A stretch of 45,130 nucleotides of DNA, from assembly GCA_963649625.1 (NCBI GenBank), contig CAVJIP010000169.1, positions 1 through 45,130 on the forward strand, read 5' to 3'. The notes beneath the pieces were generated by a model. It saw nothing but the letters and a program-made list of their open reading frames with translations. It made no database searches and was not told where the DNA came from. The stretch's first letter is position 1. The number at the start of each line of letters is the position of its first letter. Of the stretch, positions 1-8,743 are shown in pieces. The position numbers and the translations under genes were made by a program. Source of the stretch: Bacteroidaceae bacterium. Lineage in GTDB: Bacteria; Bacillota; Clostridia; Oscillospirales; Oscillospiraceae.

Positions 1-554
1 CCGCACCAATAGTCAATCAGCCAGCAGGCATTTTCGTCCGTGCTTACCACCTGCAACTCCCGCAATCTCGCCTTGTCCGCTTCATTAAACTTTCTGCTCA
101 AATCCCGGTAGGAAAGCTGTTTTAGCATTTCACCTGTGCTGCTTTTGACGGCTGCGGCATAGGCGTACAGGGCATCCAAATCAATTTCTCTGGAAAACTC
201 CTCAACTTGTCGCCCTGCCAGCTCGTTCCCTGTGGTGATAATGGGCGGGCCAATTTTGTCCTGATATGTGCTGAATATCTCGTCGTTGTTCTGAATCAGA
301 TCGTGTACAACAATGTCCTCAATTCTGAAAATATGCCAGATAGAATAGGCAATGGTCTTGCTGTGATAGCCGTTTACGTTTGGAAAGGGCATGGCGTTAA
401 AATCCTCGCAGCGCAACTCCCGCTTCATATGAAACAACTCGTCCATGAGAATCTGCCGCAAGGTCATAAGAGTCTTGATTCCATCTGGAAAGGTTGATTC
501 TTTCCTTAGCTGTACCTGAAAGGATTTGTTCAGGTCTGACCATTCCTTATTCAT
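1..554 (-). CDS. DinB-family (DinB_2-like) protein, 3' end cut by the window edge
   Basis: Absent from the supplied track because no stop lies in the window. Hand translation of the minus strand from ATG 554..552 stays open to position 1: MNKEWSDLNKSFQVQLRKESTFPDGIKTLMTLRQILMDELFHMKRELRCEDFNAMPFPNVNGYHSKTIAYSIWHIFRIEDIVVHDLIQNNDEIF... The ATG overlaps the TetR stop (ATGAATAA). The IAYSIWHIxRxED helix resembles DinB_2. The function call is tentative. Confidence 0.55.
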   Translation of the reverse strand, partial: MNKEWSDLNKSFQVQLRKESTFPDGIKTLMTLRQILMDELFHMKRELRCEDFNAMPFPNVNGYHSKTIAYSIWHIFRIEDIVVHDLIQNNDEIFSTYQDKIGPPIITTGNELAGRQVEEFSREIDLDALYAYAAAVKSSTGEMLKQLSYRDLSRKFNEADKARLRELQVVSTDENACWLIDYWC

Positions 555-1122
555 GACTCGTCCCCATATTCTTGAGTAAGCTCTGGAATACTTCCGTCAG
601 CATGCGTTGTGTTTCCTGCTCTGAAAATTGACAGGTTTTCGTTGCACAAAGGCAGGCGATGCCATGGGTATATACCCACAGGTGGCGATACAATTTCTCT
701 GCCGTTTGCTGGTCAGTCGAGGATGAAGACATGAGAGAACGCAGGATTTTATCATAACTTTCGTCAAGCAACGGCAGAATGCAATCCAGAGGTGTGGTTT
801 CCTTTGTTTCGCTCATAAACAGCAGTTGAAACAGCTTCGGCTCATGGATGGCAAAACGAATGTACTGCTCGCCCACTCCACGGAAGGGAAGCTCCTGTGC
901 AAGCCCCACTTCAACATAGCCTTTATAAATAGCCTTTGCCGCTTCCACCATGGCCGCCTCCACGTCCTCCATGCTTGAGAAAACGGTGAATATCGGACAG
1001 GCAGAGCTGCCCATCTTTTTTCCGAGATTTCTGGATGTCAGTTTCTCAATACCCTCGTCTCGGAAAATCTGCAACGCAGCATCCACGATTTGCTGCTTTG
1101 TAAACTTTGCTTTCGGCGGCAT
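547..1122 (-). CDS. TetR/AcrR family transcriptional regulator
   Basis: 191 aa. The N-terminal HTH (QIVDAALQIFRDEGIEKLTSRNLGKKMGSSACPIFTVF) is typical of TetR_N. RBS GGAG lies upstream of the ATG. Confidence 0.9.
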   Translation of the reverse strand: MPPKAKFTKQQIVDAALQIFRDEGIEKLTSRNLGKKMGSSACPIFTVFSSMEDVEAAMVEAAKAIYKGYVEVGLAQELPFRGVGEQYIRFAIHEPKLFQLLFMSETKETTPLDCILPLLDESYDKILRSLMSSSSTDQQTAEKLYRHLWVYTHGIACLCATKTCQFSEQETQRMLTEVFQSLLKNMGTSHE

Positions 1123-1151
1123 GGCATCAATCTCCTTTTGTTTTAGAGCTG

Positions 1152-1173
1152 TCGTTCTATATCAATCGTTCTA
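1152..1173 (-). promoter_or_regulatory. Candidate TetR operator: two direct copies of TCGTTCTA (plus strand), 14 nt apart, just downstream of the -10
   Basis: TCGTTCTA at 1152-1159 and 1166-1173, read directly. The position relative to the predicted promoter suggests an operator. Confidence 0.3.
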
Positions 1174-1202
1174 ATTGTATAGATTTAGGCGCAGAATGTC
1201 AA
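1174..1202 (-). promoter_or_regulatory. Sigma-70-like promoter for the TetR-DinB pair (TTGACA-17-TACAAT on the minus strand)
   Basis: TGTCAA at 1197-1202 and ATTGTA at 1174-1179 on the plus strand, with a 17-nt spacer. Confidence 0.45.
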
Positions 1203-1232
1203 GAGGCAGCCCATTGGGCTGCAAGAAAAGAA

Positions 1233-1270
1233 CTGCCTCAAGGCGCAAAGCCTGAGGCAGTCCCTTTTTT
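1233..1270. terminator. Rho-independent terminator (bidirectional) after the SDR gene
   Basis: Stem CTGCCTCAAGGC / GCCTGAGGCAG with loop GCAAA, followed by TCCCTTTTTTCTTCC on plus and a T-rich tract on minus. Confidence 0.6.
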
Positions 1271-1294
1271 CTTCCTTTTTCCTGGGCCAACGCC

Positions 1295-1999
1295 CTATAT
1301 CACAAAGCCGCCGCTGACGTTTATCACCTCGCCGGTGATAAAGGCCGCCTGCTCCGAGGCCAGATACCACAGGGTATTGGCCACGTCCTCCGGCTGGCCC
1401 AGCCGCTCCAGAGGCGTCTCCTGGCGAAGCTCCTCCATAATCTCCGGGGTGATGGTTTTCATCATATCCGTGGCAATGACCCCGGGGGCCACGGCGTTGA
1501 CCCGAATGCCCGAGGGCCCCAGCTCCTTGGCCAGGGCCTTGGTCAGGCCAATCACCGCCGCCTTGGAGGCGGAGTAGGCCACCTCACAGGAGGCCCCAAC
1601 CAGCCCCCACATGGAGGACATATTGAGAATCACCCCCGCCTGCCGTCGGAGCATAGCCGGAAGGACGGCCTTGGCACAGAGAAAGGCCCCGGTAACATTT
1701 ACATCCATGACCCGGCGGAACACCTCCGGCTCCGTCCAGTTGATGGGGTGATAGTCCGCAATCCCGGCGTTGTTGATGAGTACGTCAACAACGGAAAACC
1801 GGCCAAATACCTCTCCCACATGGGCGGCATCCGTTATGTCACAGGAAATCGCCACGGCACCGGTTTCCTCCGATAGCTGCCGGGCGGCCTCCTCGGACTT
1901 TTCATAGAGGAAGTACACCTGATCCCCCTGAGCGGCAAACCGCCGGACGGCTGCCCGGCCAATGCCCCGGGAGCCGCCGGTGATAATCACGGTTCTCAC
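1295..1999 (-). CDS. SDR family oxidoreductase (FabG-like short-chain dehydrogenase)
   Basis: 234 aa. It carries TGGSRGIG (the Rossmann TGxxxGIG), NNAG, and the S...YSASK catalytic motif. The GTG start overlaps the stop of the upstream ABC gene (GTGA). Confidence 0.9.
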   Translation of the reverse strand: MRTVIITGGSRGIGRAAVRRFAAQGDQVYFLYEKSEEAARQLSEETGAVAISCDITDAAHVGEVFGRFSVVDVLINNAGIADYHPINWTEPEVFRRVMDVNVTGAFLCAKAVLPAMLRRQAGVILNMSSMWGLVGASCEVAYSASKAAVIGLTKALAKELGPSGIRVNAVAPGVIATDMMKTITPEIMEELRQETPLERLGQPEDVANTLWYLASEQAAFITGEVINVSGGFVI

Positions 2000-4026
2000 A
2001 GGGCTGGCTCCTCCTCAGAGGCTCCCGGCCCGCCGCCGGGGAAGCCACCTGGGAAATCGCCTCCGGGAAAACCGCCCGGGAAGCCACCGGGGAAGTCGGC
2101 GGGCTGCTGGGCAGGCTCCTCCTCCGCCGTGGCCCCGATAAACTGGCTGTTGTAAAGGTCGTAGTAGAAGCCCTTCTTTTCCAGCAGCTGCTGGTGGTTG
2201 CCCTGCTCAATAATGGAGCCGTGGTTCATCACCAGAATCAGATCCGCATCCCGAATGGTGGACAGCCGGTGGGCAATCACAAAGCTGGTGCGGCCCTCCA
2301 TCAGCTTCTGCATGGCCCGCTGAATCAAGACCTCGGTACGGGTATCCACCGAGGAGGTGGCCTCGTCCAGAATCAGAATGCTGGGGTCGGACAGGAAAGC
2401 TCTGGCAATGGTCATCAGCTGCTTTTGGCCCTGGGAGATGTTGGTGGCATCGTCGTTGATGATGGTGTCATAGCCGTTGGGCAGAGTCTGGACAAAGTGA
2501 TCCACATAGGCCATCTTGGCCGCCGCCACGATCTCCTCCTCTGTGGCCTCCTTGCCGGACAGGGAATTATAGCCGTAGGCAATGTTTTCCCGGATGCTGC
2601 CAGAGAACAGCCACACATCCTGGAGCACCATGCCGATATGGCTCCGAAGTTCCTCCCGGGGGATTCGACGGATGTCCACTCCGTCAATGGAGATACGGCC
2701 CCCGTCCACCTCATAAAAGCGCATCAGCAGATTGACCAGGGTGGTTTTGCCTGCCCCGGTGGGGCCGACGATGGCAACCTTTTCCCCGGGCCGGACGGTC
2801 AGGTTCAGGTTCTCAATGAGCTTGGTTTCCGGCCTATAGCTAAAGGACACCTGCTCAAAGGCCACCACCTTGGGCTCCTCCAGATGGGCCAGCGGCTCCT
2901 GGTCGGGCACGGCCTCCTCCTCGTCCAGCAACTCAAACACCCGCTCGGCGGAGGCCACCGTGGACTGGATGGTGGAGGCAATAGAGGCGGTTTGGGTAAT
3001 GGGCATCATCAGCTGCTTGGAATAGGAGATAATGGCGGTAACATCGCCCAGGGTGACTACCGTCCCAAAGGGGCCGCCGCCTACAATCCACATACCGCCC
3101 AGCACGCAGACCGCCACATAGTTCAGGTTGTTGATTACCGTCATGGCCGGCTGAATGACCCCGGAGATAAACGCCGCCTTAAAGGAGGACTGGAACAGCA
3201 CCTCGTTTTCCTGGGCGAAGGCATCCATGGCCGCCTGCTGTCGGCCAAAGAGCTTTACCACCGTGTGGCCGGTGTACATCTCCTCAATCTGGCCGTTCAG
3301 GTTTCCGGTGGAGGCCCATTGGGTGGTAAAATATCCCTTGGCCCGGGAGGCAATGACCTTGGTCATCAGAAAGCACAGCACCACGGTCAGCAGACTAATC
3401 AGGGTCAGCAGGGCGTTACGCATAAACATGAAAATCAGCACGCTCACCAGGGTAATCACGGCGGAGAGAATCTGGGTCAGGCTCATTTGCAGGGTCATGG
3501 AGATGTTTTCCACATCGTTGGACACCCGGGAGAGAATGTCGCCCCGGGAGTGGGTGTCAAAGTATTTAATGGGCAGCTTTTTCAGCTTTTGGTCGATCTG
3601 CCGACGCATATCGTAGACCATGCCCTGGGACACGTCAATCATCACAAACTGCTGAATCAGATTGCAGACCACCGACAGGGCGTAGAGAATCCCCACAACA
3701 ATGGCCACATGGCGCAGGGCGGCAAAGTCCATGCCCCCAGTACCGGCCTGCTTGGCCCGATAGCCGTCGGTGATTACGTCCACCATGTCCGCCAGCTTAT
3801 TGGGGGCATAGGTGGAGGCCACCGTGTAGGCAATGGTCATCAGCAGGGTCAGGGCAATCAGGGGGAGCTGGGGCTTTAGCAGCTGCAGCAGTCGGCTCAT
3901 GGTGCCCTTAAAGTCCCGAACGGTTTCTCCGGAGGAGATAAAGCGGCTGCCGGGGCCGCCGGAAAAGCGCTTTTGCCGTTGAAGCTCCAGCTCTCGTTTC
4001 TCCTTCTCCACATCTTCGTTTGCCAT
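1996..4026 (-). CDS. ABC transporter ATP-binding protein/permease (type I exporter half-transporter) with a C-terminal FPGG-repeat tail
   Basis: 676 aa. An N-terminal 6-TM domain is followed by Walker A GPTGAGKTT, signature ISQGQKQ and Walker B ILILDEATS. The C-terminus is PADFPGGFPGGFPGGDFPGGFPGGGPGASEEEPAL. Confidence 0.92.
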   Translation of the reverse strand: MANEDVEKEKRELELQRQKRFSGGPGSRFISSGETVRDFKGTMSRLLQLLKPQLPLIALTLLMTIAYTVASTYAPNKLADMVDVITDGYRAKQAGTGGMDFAALRHVAIVVGILYALSVVCNLIQQFVMIDVSQGMVYDMRRQIDQKLKKLPIKYFDTHSRGDILSRVSNDVENISMTLQMSLTQILSAVITLVSVLIFMFMRNALLTLISLLTVVLCFLMTKVIASRAKGYFTTQWASTGNLNGQIEEMYTGHTVVKLFGRQQAAMDAFAQENEVLFQSSFKAAFISGVIQPAMTVINNLNYVAVCVLGGMWIVGGGPFGTVVTLGDVTAIISYSKQLMMPITQTASIASTIQSTVASAERVFELLDEEEAVPDQEPLAHLEEPKVVAFEQVSFSYRPETKLIENLNLTVRPGEKVAIVGPTGAGKTTLVNLLMRFYEVDGGRISIDGVDIRRIPREELRSHIGMVLQDVWLFSGSIRENIAYGYNSLSGKEATEEEIVAAAKMAYVDHFVQTLPNGYDTIINDDATNISQGQKQLMTIARAFLSDPSILILDEATSSVDTRTEVLIQRAMQKLMEGRTSFVIAHRLSTIRDADLILVMNHGSIIEQGNHQQLLEKKGFYYDLYNSQFIGATAEEEPAQQPADFPGGFPGGFPGGDFPGGFPGGGPGASEEEPAL

Positions 4027-5757
4027 TTACGCCACCTCCTCTGCACTTAGCTGGCTCAGTACGATTTCCCTGTAAACCTGGCAGCTTTCCATTAGCTCTT
4101 TGTGGGCGCCGATTCCGGCCACATGGCCTTCGTCCAGCACCACGATTTGGTCGGCCCCCATTACGGTGGTCACACGCTGGGCCACAATCAGCACCGCAGC
4201 CCCCTGGGTTTCCTTGGCCAGGGCCTGCCGGAGCTTTGCGTCCGTCTTAAAGTCCAGGGCAGAAAAGCTGTCGTCAAAAATATACACATCCGGGCGGCGG
4301 ATAATGGCCCGGGCAATGGCCAGACGCTGCCGCTGACCGCCGGAAACATTGGTGCCTCCCTGGGAAATGGGCGCCGACAGCCCCTTGGGCATTTTGGACA
4401 CAAAGTCCTTCCCCTGGGCCACCTCCAGAGCCTTCCACATTTCCTCCTCCGTGGCATCGGCCTTGCCGTAGCGCAGGTTGGAGGCCACGGTGCCGTCAAA
4501 GAGCAGGGCTTTCTGGGGTACAACCCCCAGATGGGTGCGAAGCTGGGCCTGGGGCAGCTGGCGAATGTCCACGCCGTTGATGAGTATCTGCCCCTGGGTG
4601 GCGTCATAAATGCGGGGAATCAGGTTTACCAAGGTGGACTTGCCGGAGCCGGTGGAGCCGATAATGGCCGTTGTCTCTCCGGGATGGGTCACAAAGCTCA
4701 CGTTCTCCAGAACCGGCTGATCGGCCTCGGGATAGCAGAAGGACACATCCCGGAACTCCAGGGAGGAGAATGCCCCCATGTCCTGCCGATCCGCATCCTC
4801 CCGGTCCTGCACCGAGGGTACATAGTCCAGCACCTGGCTGATTCGCTCAATGGAGGTCATGGCCCGGGGAATCATATTCATCATCATAGAGGAGGCCATC
4901 ACGCTCATGAGAATCTGCATCAGGTAGGTGACAAAGGCCGTCAGGGCACCGATCTCCATGCCCAGGCTGTCAATGCGCAGGGCCCCCATATAGTAGGCGG
5001 CCAGGGTGGCCCCATTCATCACCAGGCTCACCACCGGCATCAGGGCAGTCATGAGCTTGTGGGCGTGGACGGAGATTCGCAGCATTTCCCGGTTGGCCCG
5101 GTCATAGCGCTCCTCCTCGTATTCCGTCCGAACAAAGGCCCGAATCACCCGAATGCCGGAGAGCTTTTCCCGGAGAATCTGGTTGAGCACATCCACCTGG
5201 GACTGCTGCTTCTGAAACCAGGGATGGGATTTTTTCGTGACAATCACCATCAGCACGGTAATCACCGGGACAATCACCAATAAAATCGCCGACAGCTCCA
5301 CGTCCTGCTTCAGGCACATGATAATGCCGCCGATCAGCAGAATGGGGGTGGTGATAATGGTGCGCAGGAGCATCTGCATCATCTGCTGGAGCTGGTTGAC
5401 GTCGTTGGTGGTACGGGTAATCAGAGAGGGGGTGCCAAAGTGATCCAAATCCGACTGGGAAAAGGACTGCACCTTGGTGAACAGGGCCAGCCGCATATCC
5501 CGGCCATAGGCCAGAGAGGCCTTGGTGGAGAAATAGGTGGTACCCAGGGTACATACCCCCACCAGCAGAGCCACCAGCAGCATAATTCCTCCATAGAGGA
5601 GAATGGTTTGAATGTCGCCCTCCATGACGCCCTCGTCGATAATGGTGGCGTTTAGATCCGGGAGATACAAATCGCTCAGGGACTGGAGGGCGATAAAGAT
5701 CACCGTCCACACCACCCACCATTTGTAGGGCTTAATGAACTTGAGAAAATTTTTCAA
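4027..5757 (-). CDS. ABC transporter ATP-binding protein/permease (heterodimer partner of the downstream gene)
   Basis: 576 aa. Walker A GSTGSGKST, signature VSGGQRQR, Walker B IFDDSFSALD. TTG start with RBS GGAG. The stop abuts the next ATG (TAAATG). Confidence 0.92.
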   Translation of the reverse strand: MKNFLKFIKPYKWWVVWTVIFIALQSLSDLYLPDLNATIIDEGVMEGDIQTILLYGGIMLLVALLVGVCTLGTTYFSTKASLAYGRDMRLALFTKVQSFSQSDLDHFGTPSLITRTTNDVNQLQQMMQMLLRTIITTPILLIGGIIMCLKQDVELSAILLVIVPVITVLMVIVTKKSHPWFQKQQSQVDVLNQILREKLSGIRVIRAFVRTEYEEERYDRANREMLRISVHAHKLMTALMPVVSLVMNGATLAAYYMGALRIDSLGMEIGALTAFVTYLMQILMSVMASSMMMNMIPRAMTSIERISQVLDYVPSVQDREDADRQDMGAFSSLEFRDVSFCYPEADQPVLENVSFVTHPGETTAIIGSTGSGKSTLVNLIPRIYDATQGQILINGVDIRQLPQAQLRTHLGVVPQKALLFDGTVASNLRYGKADATEEEMWKALEVAQGKDFVSKMPKGLSAPISQGGTNVSGGQRQRLAIARAIIRRPDVYIFDDSFSALDFKTDAKLRQALAKETQGAAVLIVAQRVTTVMGADQIVVLDEGHVAGIGAHKELMESCQVYREIVLSQLSAEEVA

Positions 5758-5763
5758 AGAGTC

Positions 5764-6312
5764 TCACTCCTTCCCGAAGGGGTCTTGGGTCTCCGCAAGG
5801 ACGGCCCGAAGGTTTCCCTCCACCGTCTCCAGGGTGCGAACCATCCGGTCAAAGTCCTCCCCAGAGATGCCGCCGAAGCAGCGGGCAAAATAGGTACTTA
5901 CTGTTTTTTGCGTTTCCGCATCCGTGGCCTGGGCCAGCTCCGTAGGATAGATCCGGGAGATGCGCTGGTCGTCCTGATCCGGCCTCCGATCCACATAGCC
6001 TGCCTTTTCCATTTTTTGCAGCATTACCGTGGCCGTGGCCCGCTGAATGTGCAGCTTATCCGCCAGCTCCCGCTGGCTGAGCCCCGGATGCCGCAGCACC
6101 TCCTTCATGGCGCCGGCCTGGGCCGGAGGCAGACCGTCCGCCTGGAACAGGGTGCGGAAGGCCATGTGGTGGAGCCGCCCCAGCAGCTCGATTTTCCGAA
6201 TGGCTGCGAACTGGGGCGTGTCCTCCTGGGCCTGCCCAAAGGGGGGCTCATGACGGGGCGGGCCGGGATCAAAGGGAAGCATAGGCTCCCAGTCCTCTGC
6301 CGGTTGTTTCAT
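5764..6312 (-). CDS. MarR family transcriptional regulator (with a ~35-aa Pro-rich N-terminal extension)
   Basis: 182 aa. The winged-HTH core is LSQRELADKLHIQRATATVMLQKMEKAGYVDRRPDQDDQRISRIYPT. It is the first gene of the ABC exporter operon. Confidence 0.9.
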   Translation of the reverse strand: MKQPAEDWEPMLPFDPGPPRHEPPFGQAQEDTPQFAAIRKIELLGRLHHMAFRTLFQADGLPPAQAGAMKEVLRHPGLSQRELADKLHIQRATATVMLQKMEKAGYVDRRPDQDDQRISRIYPTELAQATDAETQKTVSTYFARCFGGISGEDFDRMVRTLETVEGNLRAVLAETQDPFGKE

Positions 6313-6385
6313 GGTGGGACGCTCCTTTCCCGAAAATCATGACGAATGCGGAATGTTACCCAGCGAACTGTCATGTATCTAACAA

Positions 6386-6425
6386 TTAGCGAACTAACAA
6401 TAACCCATTTCAAGGGATTTGTCAA
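6386..6425 (-). promoter_or_regulatory. Promoter of the marR-ABC operon (TTGACA-17-TATTGT) with an overlapping palindromic candidate MarR operator TTAGCGAACTAA
   Basis: TGTCAA at 6420-6425 and ACAATA at 6397-6402 on plus. Palindrome TTAGCGAACTAA at 6386-6397. A second AGCGAACT copy lies at 6362-6369, 26 nt away. Confidence 0.4.
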
Positions 6426-6504
6426 CTGTTTTCTGCGGTTCTTTCCGGAAAATCTATCCCCGCCGGAGAAATTCTGTCGGTTCCATGGCCTCAAAAAATT
6501 TCTC

Positions 6505-6532
6505 TTGCATTTTCAAAATACTATGTTATAAT
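6505..6532 (+). promoter_or_regulatory. Promoter for the FAD oxidoreductase gene (TTGCAT-16-TGtTATAAT, extended -10)
   Basis: TTGCAT at 6505-6510 and TATAAT at 6527-6532, preceded by TGT. Confidence 0.45.
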
Positions 6533-6583
6533 AGATTGGTTTGTCCCAACGAAATTACCAAGCATCCTAAGGAGGCCCCTATT

Positions 6584-8005
6584 ATGCATTATGACGTAGC
6601 AATCATCGGTGCCGGAGAGGCCGGCGTTTTTGCGGGATATGAGCTGTCCCGCCTGCGGCCCGACCTGAAGATTCTGATTCTGGAGCAGGGTGCGGACATC
6701 TACTCCCGCCGCTGTCCCATTGTGGCAGGGAAGGTGAAGTCCTGCATCGGCTGCAAGCCCTGTGCCATTATGGCTGGCTTTGGAGGGGCCGGTGCTTTCT
6801 CGGACGGAAAATATAACTTTACCACGGAGTTCGGCGGCTGGCTCACCGACTATATGGACGGGGAAGAGCTGATGGAGCTGATCGACTATGTGGACACCAT
6901 CAACGTGGCCCACGGTGCCACCAAGGAGGTGTTTTCTACCGACACCCCCCAGGCCCGGGCCATTGAGGTCAAGGCCCTGCAAAACGACCTGCATCTGCTG
7001 AAGGCCCGCTGCAAGCACCTGGGCACAGAGAACAACTTGAAGATTTTGCAGAGCATCTACGAGTCCATGAAGGAGCGGGTGGAATTCCGCTTCCATGCGC
7101 CGGTTCACACCATTGCCCGGGACGAGGGCGGCGAATACACTCTGGGCCTGGACAAGGACAGGGTACACTGCCGGTATCTGGTGGCGGCCCCTGGCCGCAG
7201 CGGCGCAGAGTGGTTCTCGGATCGCTGCCGGGAGCTGGGACTGGAGCTGATCAACAATCAGGTGGATTTGGGTGTCCGGGTGGAGCTGCCCGCCACGGTG
7301 TTTGAGCATATCACCGATGCGGTGTACGAATCCAAGCTGGTCTACCGCACCAAGCTCTACGGCGACCAGGTCAGGACCTTCTGCATGAATCCCTACGGCC
7401 ATGTGGTCTCCGAGAACGTGGACGGCCTGATTACCGTAAACGGACACTCCTATTCCGACCCGGCCCTCCGCAGTGAGAACACCAACTTTGCCCTGCTGGT
7501 GTCCAATCGGTTCACCTCCCCCTTTAATCAGCCCTACGCCTACGGCAAGCACATTGCCTCCCTGAGCAATATGCTGGGCGGCGGCGTGCTGGTACAGCGA
7601 TTTGGCGACCTGATTAAGGGCGTCCGCACCAACGACCACCGGCTGGGAAAGAGCTTTACCAAGCCCACCCTCAGCGCCACTCCCGGCGACCTGTCCCTGG
7701 TGCTGCCCAAGCGGCACATGGACAACATTATCGAGATGATCTACGCCCTGGACAAAATCGCCCCGGGCACCGCCAACCATGACACCCTGCTCTACGGCGT
7801 GGAGGTCAAGTTCTACTCCTCCCGGCTGGAGCTGACCGGGGAGCTGGAAACAAAGCTCCACAATATGTTCGCCATCGGCGATGGGGCCGGCATCACCCGC
7901 GGGCTGGCCCAGGCCGGAGCCTCCGGAGTTCGGGCGGCCCGAGCCATTGCCCAGCGGGAAGGGCAGGACAAGACAAGTAGGGAGACAGCCCCCATGAAGG
8001 GGTAG
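6584..8005 (+). CDS. FAD-dependent oxidoreductase (uncharacterised NAD(FAD)-utilising dehydrogenase, COG2509-like)
   Basis: The track ORF starts at 6419. The real start is probably ATG 6584 (MHYDVAIIGAGEAGVFAG, a GxGxxG dinucleotide fold), preceded by AAGGAGG at 6569-6575. The C-terminus has GDGAG. Confidence 0.85.
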   Translation: MHYDVAIIGAGEAGVFAGYELSRLRPDLKILILEQGADIYSRRCPIVAGKVKSCIGCKPCAIMAGFGGAGAFSDGKYNFTTEFGGWLTDYMDGEELMELIDYVDTINVAHGATKEVFSTDTPQARAIEVKALQNDLHLLKARCKHLGTENNLKILQSIYESMKERVEFRFHAPVHTIARDEGGEYTLGLDKDRVHCRYLVAAPGRSGAEWFSDRCRELGLELINNQVDLGVRVELPATVFEHITDAVYESKLVYRTKLYGDQVRTFCMNPYGHVVSENVDGLITVNGHSYSDPALRSENTNFALLVSNRFTSPFNQPYAYGKHIASLSNMLGGGVLVQRFGDLIKGVRTNDHRLGKSFTKPTLSATPGDLSLVLPKRHMDNIIEMIYALDKIAPGTANHDTLLYGVEVKFYSSRLELTGELETKLHNMFAIGDGAGITRGLAQAGASGVRAARAIAQREGQDKTSRETAPMKG

Positions 8006-8007
8006 AA

Positions 8008-8050
8008 GAAGTCGTGAAAATCCGGGTTTTTGTCGGATTTTCACGACTTC
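8008..8050. terminator. Bidirectional intrinsic terminator between convergent genes (17-bp perfect stem)
   Basis: GAAGTCGTGAAAATCCG - GGTTTTTGT - CGGATTTTCACGACTTC. Confidence 0.7.
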
Positions 8051-8082
8051 TCACCTTTAAGGCGGCCCATTTATGTCGTCCG

Positions 8083-8655
8083 CTATGGCTTAGCCGCCGT
8101 TTCCCTGGAGTCCAATGCCATAAGTGCTTCCCGCTGGGTCTGCACAATAAAATCATGCTTTCCCGCCAGATACCTTGCTCTGCCCCGATCCACCGGGGCC
8201 TGCCGGGCAAGGGATTCCTTTAACGCCTCATAGGCCTTCGCCGCCGACGGGTTGCTGTTCAAATAGTCCCGGAAGTTGATGTAATTCCCCCAATCCTCAC
8301 TGTTGGCACGCACCACATGGATAAAGTGCGTCTGCAAGTCCCCGGTTCTCTCATAGAAGCTGCCGCAGCCAAACAGCAGCTGATTGGGTATGTCCGCCTG
8401 GGGCCTGTAGTAAAAGCCGGCAGCCCGCAGCTCCCGCTCATAGGCCAAAACATCCTGAAAATGATCTACCGCTAGAGCAATGTCTATGATGGGCTTTGCC
8501 TTGATGGCGGGGATAGCGGTGCTCCCTATATGCTGAATGTCCGTGATAACCTCTCCCAGTATCCCACGCAGCCGGGCCATGGTGTTCTGAGCCTCTGTTT
8601 CCCAGGCCTGCTCGTGCTCGCACAGCATCACTGTGCCTCGCTTCAATCCAATCAC
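8083..8655 (-). CDS. GrpB family protein (UPF0157)
   Basis: The IGLKRGTVMLCEHEQAWE N-terminus and HIGSTAIPAIKAKPIIDI motif are typical of GrpB. The track ORF extends to 8844, into the upstream SBP gene. I prefer GTG at 8655, 7 nt after AGGAGG (8669..8664). Confidence 0.8.
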   Translation of the reverse strand: MIGLKRGTVMLCEHEQAWETEAQNTMARLRGILGEVITDIQHIGSTAIPAIKAKPIIDIALAVDHFQDVLAYERELRAAGFYYRPQADIPNQLLFGCGSFYERTGDLQTHFIHVVRANSEDWGNYINFRDYLNSNPSAAKAYEALKESLARQAPVDRGRARYLAGKHDFIVQTQREALMALDSRETAAKP

Positions 8656-8743
8656 TGCCGTACCTCCTATGGGTTGCCCAGGGCGGCACGCCATTCCCAG
8701 TGCGCCGCCCTGGTTTTGGTTTGTTCGGCCAGGAACATCACCG

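Noticed and set aside
207-497. A 96-aa plus-strand ORF at the left edge.
   Set aside because: It is antisense to the better-supported DinB-like frame that runs off the window edge and is coupled to the TetR gene.
2015-2110. The 15-nt periodic nucleotide repeat at the 3' end of the ABC gene, considered as a possible non-coding tandem repeat.
   Set aside because: It lies in-frame within the CDS and encodes the FPGG peptide repeat. It is reported as a protein feature instead.
2194-3879. A 561-aa plus-strand ORF (with a similar one at 4102-5283) lying opposite the ABC transporter genes.
   Set aside because: Its composition is Gly/His/Gln/Leu-rich and low-complexity, with no recognisable motifs. 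It lies exactly antisense to genes with unmistakable ABC motifs. This is the typical stop-codon-poor antisense frame of high-GC coding DNA.
6419-6583. Upstream extensions of track ORFs: 6419 for the FAD oxidoreductase, 8656-8844 for GrpB, 24449 for PurA-like, 24367-24408 for LysR, 29187 for gamma, 21286 for ECF-S, 39129-39224 for the CoA-transferase, and 31791/31928 for the YoaK-like gene.
   Set aside because: The longest-ORF starts run through promoters or neighbouring genes. Internal starts with proper RBS spacing and family-typical N-termini are preferred.
6521-8044. A 507-aa minus-strand ORF opposite the FAD oxidoreductase gene.
   Set aside because: Antisense artefact of the same kind. 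The plus-strand product has a clear GxGxxG FAD fold and a good RBS.
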